A stretch of DNA of 36,608 nt from Promethearchaeota archaeon (GCA_030610785.1 JAUWRB010000002.1:1-36608), one strand, 5' to 3'. Shown: positions 7,948-16,975, counted from the stretch's first letter. Made by a program: numbers and translations. The notes: a model not told the origin generated them from the sequence alone.

Positions 7948-9207
7948 ATGCTTAGAGTAGGACTAATAGGTACAGGAGATATTTCAAACTTAAATATTTT
8001 GGGTTATATCCACTCTAAAGATACAGAACTAGTTGCAGTGGCCGATAACGATATTTTAATCGCTGCTGGAAAGTTAGAATGTTGGGGTCTAAAATCGTTA
8101 AAGATTTACGAAGATTATAAAAAAATGATAGACAAGGAAGATTTAGACATTGTTGAAATTCTTACTCCTCATCATTTACACGCGCCCATGACAGAATATT
8201 GTGCAAAAGCAGGTATAAGCGGCATCTCAGTTCAAAAACCTATGGCAAACACGATCATGGACTGTGAAAGGATGATAAATGCATGCAAAGAAGAAAAAGT
8301 CAAATTAAAGTTGTTTGAGAATTTTAGATTTTATCCGATATATTTAAGAGCAAAAGAATTATTAGAAAAGGGAATTATTGGAGAACCTTTAAATTTTAGA
8401 ATTAATACAATTGGAATGGGAGGGCCAAGCATGACAGTTGGGCTTAGGGCATACTCGTGGCGAATAAACATGGATACTTGCGGTGGAGGGCCGTGGGTTT
8501 ACGACGATGGTCAGCATAAATTATCCGTGGCACTTTGGCTAATGAATGAAGAGAGAGTTGAGAAAGTACACGGATGGGTTGATTATTTTACCGGAGTCTT
8601 GGACTGTCCCGCTAACTTTTTTTGGAAATATCCGAGTAGAAACCCTGACGACCTACCTAAATATGGAACAATGGAATTCACATTAGCGACTAATGTTTAT
8701 TATCCTTCGAATTATTACAATTGCGACGAATTTATTGAGATTTCAGGAACAAAAGGCATGATGTGGATAAACCAATGCACGGCAGGGGGCAATTTCTTGT
8801 CAGAGACACCTCAGTATCCTCCTATTGTTGTCTATGTTGATGGAGATGTTCAAATTCACGGAAAAGATCTGCCTAGGGACTGGAGATACTCTTTTATTAA
8901 TTCTACTGAACATTTTATTGAAGTAATAAAAAGCGGACGTGGCGAACCGATTTATACAGGAGAGCAGGGTAAAAATTTATGCATTTTTGGTAAAATGCCT
9001 TATATTTCAAGTCAAGAGGAGAGAATTGTATATTGGGAAGAATTCACTTCTGAGAACGAAAAAAAAGGGGCATTGTCCATAAAGAGACCTTCTACTTCGC
9101 AAAAAAGTGGAATGACTAAATATTACGTGAGAAAAAGTAAAGACATGAAAAAAGGTATAAAACAAGGGTTAAAACATGAAAATTTTAAATACGATTACGA
9201 ATCTTGA
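7948..9207 (+). CDS. Gfo/Idh/MocA-family NAD(P)-dependent oxidoreductase (paralogue A, with basic C-terminal tail)
   Basis: N-terminal Rossmann fold MLRVGLIGTGDIS. The family EKP motif is present as SVQKPMA. The C-terminal alpha/beta domain contains FIEISGTKGMMWINQ. An extra Lys/Ser-rich tail of about 50 aa follows. Confidence 0.8.
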   Translation: MLRVGLIGTGDISNLNILGYIHSKDTELVAVADNDILIAAGKLECWGLKSLKIYEDYKKMIDKEDLDIVEILTPHHLHAPMTEYCAKAGISGISVQKPMANTIMDCERMINACKEEKVKLKLFENFRFYPIYLRAKELLEKGIIGEPLNFRINTIGMGGPSMTVGLRAYSWRINMDTCGGGPWVYDDGQHKLSVALWLMNEERVEKVHGWVDYFTGVLDCPANFFWKYPSRNPDDLPKYGTMEFTLATNVYYPSNYYNCDEFIEISGTKGMMWINQCTAGGNFLSETPQYPPIVVYVDGDVQIHGKDLPRDWRYSFINSTEHFIEVIKSGRGEPIYTGEQGKNLCIFGKMPYISSQEERIVYWEEFTSENEKKGALSIKRPSTSQKSGMTKYYVRKSKDMKKGIKQGLKHENFKYDYES

Positions 9208-9254
9208 CTTTTAGATATAATCAACTTGCTTCTAATAACGAGAAAATCAAGAAA

Positions 9255-10364
9255 CTAGTTTATTTCATCAAGAAATATTTCTTTACCAATTTTCACTGAT
9301 TTTATTGCTGCCAAATTAAATTTTAACACATATCTTGCTTGTTCTCCAGAAAGAATTGGTTTCTTATTATTTTTAATGGCATCAATAAAATATTTTGTGG
9401 AATTTATAAAACTATATTTCCAATCTTTATCAAAATTAGTATAAGTTTCTACTTTTCCGTCTCTAACAATCACTATTGGGGCAAAAATTTCGGATTCTGA
9501 CATCTTATTTCCTTGTGCTGTGATTTGATTGATTTTCATCATACCCCTACTTCCTACAATTTCAATGAACTCGTCTGTTGGGTAATATTTGGAAGGTAAT
9601 TCCATTTCCGGCATTAATGAAAATTCCATATTTCCATATTTTGGAATCAAATGATGGCGTTTTTCCTTACATTTCCACTTTACAAAAGCAGGGGCATCCA
9701 CGTCATGTAATTTATCTGTCCACGCAAAAACTTTTTCAATTTCTTCGTTAAAAAACCACCATCCTAATAAAAAAGCGTGCCAGCCATTATCTAATAAAAC
9801 CGGAGATCCTTTACTTGGATCTCCACCCACTTGTTTAGGATCTTTTCTCCATTGTTTTGAACTTTCTGAAACGTTCCAACCTCCTTTTGCGCCCATTGCT
9901 ATTTTAATTCTAATAGATCCCACATCACCGATATAATCTTTATCGATAAATTCTTTTGCTTTCATGACACGAGAGTCAAATATAAAATTTTCATAAATGG
10001 ACAGGATCGAACCAGATTCATTACACGCATTAATCATTTTATCGGCGTCCTTTAAAGTCGTTGCCATGGGTTTCTGCACGGAGATTCCTTTTATTCTTTT
10101 TTTAGCAGCGTGCATGGTTGCTTCAGCGTGAAGGTGATGAGGTAATAGTATCTCAACAATGTCTAAATCTTCCTTGTCTAACATTTCTCTATAATCTGAA
10201 TAAATGGGAATATTACTATCCAAGTTAAACTGTTTAACTTTTTGTTTTGCTTTTTCTATTGTTCTATTACATAGACATGTAATTTCAACATCGGGATTTT
10301 CTAAATAACCCAAAATATTTAAGTTTGAAATAACTCCAGTTCCGATTAGACCTACTTTTAACAT
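9255..10364 (-). CDS. Gfo/Idh/MocA-family NAD(P)-dependent oxidoreductase (paralogue B)
   Basis: MLKVGLIGTGVIS, DKEDLDIVEIL, HHLHA, GISVQKPMA and YSFINST are shared almost verbatim with the convergent gene at 7948-9207. Confidence 0.8.
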   Translation of the reverse strand: MLKVGLIGTGVISNLNILGYLENPDVEITCLCNRTIEKAKQKVKQFNLDSNIPIYSDYREMLDKEDLDIVEILLPHHLHAEATMHAAKKRIKGISVQKPMATTLKDADKMINACNESGSILSIYENFIFDSRVMKAKEFIDKDYIGDVGSIRIKIAMGAKGGWNVSESSKQWRKDPKQVGGDPSKGSPVLLDNGWHAFLLGWWFFNEEIEKVFAWTDKLHDVDAPAFVKWKCKEKRHHLIPKYGNMEFSLMPEMELPSKYYPTDEFIEIVGSRGMMKINQITAQGNKMSESEIFAPIVIVRDGKVETYTNFDKDWKYSFINSTKYFIDAIKNNKKPILSGEQARYVLKFNLAAIKSVKIGKEIFLDEIN

Positions 10365-10428
10365 GAAAATTTCAATTTTTTGATAATTAATTAAATTTAA
10401 ATAGTCTCTATTTGTAAAAAAATTAACG

Positions 10429-12096
10429 ATGTCAATAGATAAACAAGATTTAGATCCGAGAAAGGCTTACGAAAGGGCTTTATACCACGGTTGTGGTTTT
10501 TCTTACGAAGATTTATCTAAACCAAAAATAGCTATTGTAAATTCTTGGAACGAAATTAATCCGGGACACATTCATTTGCAAAAATTAAGTCAGTTAGTTA
10601 AGGAAGGGGTAAGAGAATTTGGCGGGACTCCAATGGAATTTGGTACAATTGCAATTTGCGATGGTATTGCGAATTCAGGAAATTTTTCTAAATATGTTTT
10701 ACCCTCAAGAGAGATTATAGCAGCATCCATAGAAAGTACGATTAAGGCACATGGTTTCGATGGCATGGTAATGTTATGTTCGTGTGATAAAATAATACCC
10801 GGTATGCTTCTAGCAGCGGTTAGGTGCAACATTCCAACAATTTTTCTAACAGGAGGAATAATGGAGCCTAAAACTTTCCATGATGGACCGTTAAAAGGTA
10901 AAACCTTTGTCACTTGTGATATAAAAGAAGCAATTGGAGCGTATAAAGCGGGAAAAATATCAAAAGAAGTATTTTTTCTCATTGAATCGCAAACATGTGC
11001 CTCGCCCGGAGCTTGCAACATGATGGGCACCGCAAATACGATGGCTTGTATCGTTGAGGTAATGGGTTTATCCTTGCCTGGATGTGCAACCATGAGTGCA
11101 GTTAGTCAAGAACGAGAAGAGTTATGTAAAGAGACAGGTAAAATAATAATGAGTTTGGTTGAGAAAAATATAAAAGCTTTAGATTTAATCACGCACGCAT
11201 CAATTGAAAATGCTTGTAAAGTTGCATTATCTTTTGGGGGCTCTACGAACATGATACTTCACATGTGTGCTTTATCTCACGAGATTGGTGGCTGCTTGAA
11301 TCACTTCGATTTTGATGAATTTAGTAAAGCAGTTCCATTATTAGCTAAATTTAAACCGGCATCAGATTTTAATCTTACAGACTTCCATCGAGTAGGGGGC
11401 ATTGGAGCAATGATGAAAAAATTATCTAATTATCTAGATTTATCTATTATTAACGTGTTAGGCATTAAAATGGAAGATTATCTAAAAACTATAAAAATTA
11501 AAGAAAATAAAATAATTAGAAAAGCAGACAATCCTTTATCACAAGAGGGAGGGATTGCTGTTTTAAAGGGAAGTTTAGCACCAGAAGGATCGATAATAAA
11601 ACAGAGCGCTATTGATCCTAAAATGCGAAATCATAAAGGTCCTGCAAAAGTATTCGAATGTGAAGAAGAAGTTAAAGATGCTTTAATGTCGGATGTTATA
11701 AAAGAAGGAGATGTTTTAGTAATACGTTACGAGGGGCCAAAAGGATCACCCGGAATGAGAGAATTATCGATTCCAGCAGCAATACTCATTGGTATGGGAT
11801 TAGGCGATACTGTAGCAATGATTACAGATGGGAGATATTCTGGAGCAACAAGAGGACCATGTATAGGACATGTTTGTCCAGAGGCAATTGAAGGAGGACC
11901 TATTGCGATTGTTCAAGAAGGGGATATCATCGAAATAGATATTGATAATCGTAAATTAAATTTATTAGTTTCTGAGGATGAGATAAAAAATCGATTTAAA
12001 AATTGGAAAAAACCAGAACCCAAAATAAAGACGGGATATTTAAATATATATAGGAAAATTGTTAGTTCTGCCAAAGATGGAGCTTTTTTAAGTTAA
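10429..12096 (+). CDS. IlvD/Edd-family dehydratase (dihydroxy-acid dehydratase or sugar-acid dehydratase)
   Basis: Family motifs [26 protein letters not shown] and [13 protein letters not shown], at 555 aa. The segment [18 protein letters not shown] deviates from the canonical DGIAMG..GM.YSL.SRE. Whether it serves branched-chain amino-acid synthesis or sugar-acid dehydration cannot be decided from sequence alone. Confidence 0.8.
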   Translation: MSIDKQDLDPRKAYERALYHGCGFSYEDLSKPKIAIVNSWNEINPGHIHLQKLSQLVKEGVREFGGTPMEFGTIAICDGIANSGNFSKYVLPSREIIAASIESTIKAHGFDGMVMLCSCDKIIPGMLLAAVRCNIPTIFLTGGIMEPKTFHDGPLKGKTFVTCDIKEAIGAYKAGKISKEVFFLIESQTCASPGACNMMGTANTMACIVEVMGLSLPGCATMSAVSQEREELCKETGKIIMSLVEKNIKALDLITHASIENACKVALSFGGSTNMILHMCALSHEIGGCLNHFDFDEFSKAVPLLAKFKPASDFNLTDFHRVGGIGAMMKKLSNYLDLSIINVLGIKMEDYLKTIKIKENKIIRKADNPLSQEGGIAVLKGSLAPEGSIIKQSAIDPKMRNHKGPAKVFECEEEVKDALMSDVIKEGDVLVIRYEGPKGSPGMRELSIPAAILIGMGLGDTVAMITDGRYSGATRGPCIGHVCPEAIEGGPIAIVQEGDIIEIDIDNRKLNLLVSEDEIKNRFKNWKKPEPKIKTGYLNIYRKIVSSAKDGAFLS

Positions 12097-12138
12097 AAAT
12101 TGGAGATTTTAATATTAATAATCAAAAAAGGTTTTTTC

Positions 12139-13215
12139 TTAATAATTTCCATATTTTTTTACTGCGTTCATGAATATTCTGACATTTTCAAGCGGTATTT
12201 CCTTAAAAATAACAGTTGAAGGGCCTATTATAAAATGCCTATTATTTTTTAGAGCATTCATTAATTCTTTCACATGAGCATCGATTTGGTTGTGAGTTCC
12301 GAATGGGAGCACATCACTAACATCGCCAAAACCAATAACAACAAAATCGGGAAAATGGTCGTTTATGTAAAATGGGTCACAACCGCCTTCCCAACCTTGT
12401 AATCCGCGGAATCCTGCTTTTTGAAAAGAAGGGATAATTTCTGTTGCATCACCGTCAGTATGAACTTGTGGGATCATTCCTGCATCAGTTATAATTGAAT
12501 TTATTTCTTTGTAATGACTATAAAAATCTTGATCCCATCGTTCGGGCGAAATCATTGTTCGACCTTTAAACGCAACATCGTCCAAAATGTTTACAATTTT
12601 ACCTCGTCCTCCTGTTGCCTCGATTAATCCTTCAATATTTGTTATTGTTAACTCGGCATAAAATTTTATCAATTCTCTATAGAGTTTGGTCTTTTTTTGG
12701 AAATTACGACTAAATATTGACATGCCCATGGCTTTCCAGACTCTATCGAATATTCCATCAACCATTAAGACCGGAAAAATAAAAGGGGCAAAATTTTCGT
12801 ATTTCATGATTGTTTTTTTTATTTGTTCGCTTCTATCAACTCGCTTTAACTTTGCCCTGAGTTTATCCAAAACTTCCATTGAATGTATAAATCCTCCCTG
12901 GTAATAAGAAGAATCGCCATGTACCGCTTCTCCACTTTCCCTAATTCTCAATTTTTTGCCATTTTTATCTTCTATTACGATTGAATTTATTTGAACGCTT
13001 GGAGGAAATACCGCAAAAACCGCATCAAATCCTAAAATATGTGGTACATCAAAATAAGGGATATTAAATAATTGTCCTTTATAATTTTCCATCAATTCGT
13101 GCTCATGTTTGACAATAAACTCCTCTCTAATGTATTGAACGTGAGTAGGAACTTGATCTAACTTTTTTCTTTCCTTGTCGTCATAAACAGCGAGATAACG
13201 CTCATGGGCATTCAT
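12139..13215 (-). CDS. URO-D/MtaA-like methyltransferase family protein (paralogue 2 of 4; H-T-D in place of H-x-C)
   Basis: Has the family layout, including the C-terminal FIIGPS-type segment. The equivalent of the zinc motif reads PQVHTDGDATEIIPSFQKAGFRGLQGWE. It is the last gene of the corrinoid-protein operon. Confidence 0.65.
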   Translation of the reverse strand: MNAHERYLAVYDDKERKKLDQVPTHVQYIREEFIVKHEHELMENYKGQLFNIPYFDVPHILGFDAVFAVFPPSVQINSIVIEDKNGKKLRIRESGEAVHGDSSYYQGGFIHSMEVLDKLRAKLKRVDRSEQIKKTIMKYENFAPFIFPVLMVDGIFDRVWKAMGMSIFSRNFQKKTKLYRELIKFYAELTITNIEGLIEATGGRGKIVNILDDVAFKGRTMISPERWDQDFYSHYKEINSIITDAGMIPQVHTDGDATEIIPSFQKAGFRGLQGWEGGCDPFYINDHFPDFVVIGFGDVSDVLPFGTHNQIDAHVKELMNALKNNRHFIIGPSTVIFKEIPLENVRIFMNAVKKYGNY

Positions 13216-13278
13216 AAGCTTTTTACAAATAGTTTCTATAATAAAAAATAATATTTTAAATATTTTAAAATATAAAAA

Positions 13279-14421
13279 TTAAAGATCCCAAAGACTTGTT
13301 CTTTTTAATTCTACCGGTATTGGATATTTTCCCCACTTTTTTGCTGTTTTAATAAAAGTATCGTTGTTTATTTGAGGCGTGGCAGGTGGAATTTCATCGG
13401 CAGGGGATAAGATGAACCCCCCTCCCGGAGCAGCTTGACCAATAATATATTTAATAGCTTGTTCCATTTGCCTTGGAGTACCACGAAGGAAATGTTTCAT
13501 TGAATGAGGGCCTCCAGTAATTGTAAGTGCGCCATTTGCCATTCTTTTTGCTACACCGTAATCTACGGATTCAGCAATCCACATTATATCAATATTCCAA
13601 GATTTGCCAAATTCCTCCAATAAATCAATTAGATAAATAGATTCCATGCAAATATGGCTCATAATGTATCTCGCACCCGCATTTTTGAATTTAGTTGTTA
13701 TATCAACCATTATAGGTTTAAATGTTTTAATAATATTATCTCTTATTTTTTTGTCAGAAATAGACGACCCAAAAAGTATTGGGGCCGTAAAAATAATATC
13801 TGCACCTGCTTCAACTTCTAATTTCACGAGTTCTAATAAATGTGGTATTGCTTTTTTGGCGAATTTTAAAAAATGCATTGGTGCGCTTGTAATAGCCATC
13901 GAAAATCGAGAAATACCAACTAAGCTCGCTAAAAGAGTAATTGGGTCGTCTACTTCTCCCATTAATGGAATTTCTGGATATTTCTCTTTTAACACTTTAA
14001 TTACTTTAAGCTTTGTAGAAATAGTAGGAAATTCTAACCAATCTGTAAAATCTATTTGGTCAATTAGATCTTCTAAAGTATCGGGATTCATGGGATCGAC
14101 GGCCATGTTTAACACGTAATTATTTGGCCAGAATATTTCGCCATGACATGGGAGAAAATCAGGACGATATTTAAGTTTTAAACCTAAAGCTTCAGCAAAA
14201 GTAAATTGATGGGAATGGCAATGTACTAAATCTACTCCATATTTCTTTACTACAAAATCGTTTATTTCTACAATTTTTTTCCAATCTTTACCAATCCTTA
14301 AAGAATCTTCTGGAGTTACTAAATTTAAAGGGAGGAGAGGGAAAAATATAGGAACTCTATCTGGTTCTTCAAATCTAAGAGTCGTCTCCATCCTTTCCAT
14401 AGAAGTCATTTCGTCTTTCAT
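13279..14421 (-). CDS. URO-D/MtaA-like methyltransferase family protein (paralogue 3 of 4)
   Basis: N-terminus ERMETTLRFEEPDRVPIF, H-x-C motif IMSHICMES, and C-terminal GGGFILSPADEIP. It starts 7 nt after the corrinoid protein gene ends. Confidence 0.7.
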   Translation of the reverse strand: MKDEMTSMERMETTLRFEEPDRVPIFFPLLPLNLVTPEDSLRIGKDWKKIVEINDFVVKKYGVDLVHCHSHQFTFAEALGLKLKYRPDFLPCHGEIFWPNNYVLNMAVDPMNPDTLEDLIDQIDFTDWLEFPTISTKLKVIKVLKEKYPEIPLMGEVDDPITLLASLVGISRFSMAITSAPMHFLKFAKKAIPHLLELVKLEVEAGADIIFTAPILFGSSISDKKIRDNIIKTFKPIMVDITTKFKNAGARYIMSHICMESIYLIDLLEEFGKSWNIDIMWIAESVDYGVAKRMANGALTITGGPHSMKHFLRGTPRQMEQAIKYIIGQAAPGGGFILSPADEIPPATPQINNDTFIKTAKKWGKYPIPVELKRTSLWDL

Positions 14422-14428
14422 TAAAATA

Positions 14429-15136
14429 TCACCCTTTTACGATTATTCCTTCACCTAATCTATCCGGAGGAATATCTTCAATATTTAATATTTTCTTTAA
14501 AGTATTTATACTTAAACATGCGCACTGACCATAAATGTCAGCGCCCCATTCTTTAGCCATATCTTTTATCATGCTTCCACCAATTATGACTATCACTTTT
14601 TCTTTAAGGCCTTCATTTTCTAATAATTTGATTGTTTGTTTTAGATTGTTAAACCCGTTAGAATATAAAGATGAAATTCCTAACACATCGGCATTTACTT
14701 CTTTTACTTTTTCAATAAATCTTTCAGGTGGTACATCAATTCCCAAATCAAAAACTTCAAAACCAGCAAGTTCAGCTAAGTTTGAGACGGTATTTTTACC
14801 GATATTATGGACCTCGTTTTGTGCCATTCCAATAACAATTTTTTTTCCTAACCAAGAATTTAAATAAGGTTTGAGAATATCTCGCGCTTCTTTAATCAAG
14901 GAATAAACGATAAGTAGAAAGCTATTGCCCCAAGCCTTATGGTTTCCTTGAAAAACTATATTTCCAAGGGAACTTCTTTCTGCTTTCTCAACTCCCTCAA
15001 GTATAGCTTTTGTAATATTTTTAACATCTATATTTTGAGTTAAGGCGGTTTTTACTAATGAAATAGTTTTTAAATTAGCAGTAGCAAAAGCTTTTTCAAG
15101 TTTTTTTAATATTGTTTTTTCTTGAATGAATAACAC
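14429..15136 (-). CDS. corrinoid (cobalamin)-binding protein, MtaC/MtbC-like methyltransferase cognate protein
   Basis: The Rossmann-like B12-binding domain reads KKIVIGMAQNEVHNIGKNTVSNLAELAGFEVFDLGIDVP. This is a His-on ligand motif in the variant form E-x-H-x-x-G. It is followed by the S-x-L segment (LGISSLYS) and the GG segment (VIVIIGGS). About 95 aa of helical cap precede the domain. Confidence 0.8.
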   Translation of the reverse strand: MLFIQEKTILKKLEKAFATANLKTISLVKTALTQNIDVKNITKAILEGVEKAERSSLGNIVFQGNHKAWGNSFLLIVYSLIKEARDILKPYLNSWLGKKIVIGMAQNEVHNIGKNTVSNLAELAGFEVFDLGIDVPPERFIEKVKEVNADVLGISSLYSNGFNNLKQTIKLLENEGLKEKVIVIIGGSMIKDMAKEWGADIYGQCACLSINTLKKILNIEDIPPDRLGEGIIVKG

Positions 15137-15305
15137 TTCTTTTTAATTTTTATGGTAAAATTTAGTTTTATGATTATTTATAACTATTTTATTTTAACTT
15201 TAATTTTATTCTAATTAATTGTATTGAAAAAATGAAAATTTAATAATAAGAAATATTAAAAAAATTCTGTTATATGTTTTAATTGAAAATTTTAAAAAAA
15301 AAATA

Positions 15306-16883
15306 ATGGTTGAATTAAAAAAGAAAGAAAAAATCGAATTAAATAATTATAAAGATTTAGGATTGGTCACGACTCCACCTAAAACTGCAGAATATATCAT
15401 TTCTAGACTATTACCGTTAGAGAATAAAAAAATTTTAGACCCCTGCGTAGGTCCCGGTATTTTTATCAAGAAACTCCTTGAAGCAGGTGTACGAGGATCT
15501 CAAATTCAAGCATTTGATATTAATTCTGATTATAAAAATCAAATAGAAGCTATGGGTGTTAATTTTAAAAAACAAGATTACTTATTATCCTTCTCGGCTT
15601 TTAATAATAATGAGTTTGATACTATAATTGGAAATCCTCCATATTTAAATAAAGCTAGTCAATATGTGAGAAAAAACAAATCTAAATTACAAAAGATACA
15701 TGGTAAGATAAATGCACATGAAACATATTCAATGTTTATTGTTAGTAGTATTAGGAAACTAAAAAATGGAGGAAAAATGGGTTTTATTACTAGCGATTCT
15801 TTCTTAACGCTCCGAACTCACGCAAAATTGAGAAAATTCATTTTAGATAATTGTTTAATTAAAGAAATATTATTAGCTCCAAAAAATTTATTTGATAGTC
15901 AAAATGTTTCTACGAGCCCTGCAATTCTTATATTACAAAAGTGTCCTGGAATTAAAAATGAAGAGATAAGACAAGAAAACATGATGAGAATTATTCCAAG
16001 GATTTCAAGTGAGGAAGATTATATCAATCTAAAAGATGTTCAAGAAATAAAACAAAAAAAATATGACTTATTACCATTTAACTTATTTTTCTCAAATGTA
16101 GAAGAGGAGATTATTGAATTATTTGAAAAAGCTTCTAGATTAGAGAAATATATTAAAGGCTATATTGGAATGCATACGCATGATAACTTAAAATATATAG
16201 CTGCTGTTGAAGGAACCGAATTGGCAGATATTTTCAAAAGAAGAAACAAGAAAATAATTGATGATGAGAAAAAATATAAAATCATTTCAGAGGCAAATCT
16301 ACAATCAGGTGCGTGGAAGCCATACTTAAAGCGGGGAGGAGGGACTCAATATTATAGACCTCTCATGGAAGCATTAGATTGGGATGAAGATTCAATTCCA
16401 ATATACGATATACCCCAAAATGTTCCATTCGAAGAAGAAGGCATTGTGATAAGCGGGGTGAGCTCAAGACTCGCAGTACGCTACATGCCAAAAGGTTGTT
16501 ATTGGGACTCAAATAAAAATATTGGATTTATTTTTCCTTCAGTAAATAATTTAAAAATATCAATTGAATATGCTCTTGGTCTTTTAAATAGCTCATTATA
16601 TAACTATCTTGCAAAAGGAATAATTAACAACACTAATAGCATGCAAATAAGCGGGATTCACGCATTACCGTTCATTCCGCCAGATAATGGAACTAAAGAA
16701 AAAGTTGAGCAAATAGTACAAAAAATAATGGAAAACAAAAAGAAAAACTTAAATTACGATTATAAAAACGACCAAAAAATTATAGACGAAGTAATATTCT
16801 TATTTTATTCAAAAAAGTTTAATTTCCCTCGACAATTAAAAAAGAAGTTAGATAACAAATTTTCTATTTATAAAAAATATTAA
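15306..16883 (+). CDS. solitary gamma-class N6-adenine DNA methyltransferase (M.TaqI/Eco57I-like fold with C-terminal target-recognition domain)
   Basis: SAM motif I ILDPCVGPGIF is followed by catalytic motif IV IIGNPPY, the order typical of the gamma class. A long C-terminal region (~300 aa) would serve as the TRD. There is no nuclease-like N-terminal domain and no adjacent restriction or specificity gene. Confidence 0.8.
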   Translation: MVELKKKEKIELNNYKDLGLVTTPPKTAEYIISRLLPLENKKILDPCVGPGIFIKKLLEAGVRGSQIQAFDINSDYKNQIEAMGVNFKKQDYLLSFSAFNNNEFDTIIGNPPYLNKASQYVRKNKSKLQKIHGKINAHETYSMFIVSSIRKLKNGGKMGFITSDSFLTLRTHAKLRKFILDNCLIKEILLAPKNLFDSQNVSTSPAILILQKCPGIKNEEIRQENMMRIIPRISSEEDYINLKDVQEIKQKKYDLLPFNLFFSNVEEEIIELFEKASRLEKYIKGYIGMHTHDNLKYIAAVEGTELADIFKRRNKKIIDDEKKYKIISEANLQSGAWKPYLKRGGGTQYYRPLMEALDWDEDSIPIYDIPQNVPFEEEGIVISGVSSRLAVRYMPKGCYWDSNKNIGFIFPSVNNLKISIEYALGLLNSSLYNYLAKGIINNTNSMQISGIHALPFIPPDNGTKEKVEQIVQKIMENKKKNLNYDYKNDQKIIDEVIFLFYSKKFNFPRQLKKKLDNKFSIYKKY

Positions 16884-16975
16884 AGATAAATATTTAGATT
16901 TAATGCCGATATACAAGAACGCATATTCGGTATTTTCAAGGTTATTACAAACAATTAAAAAATAGAATGAAAAAA

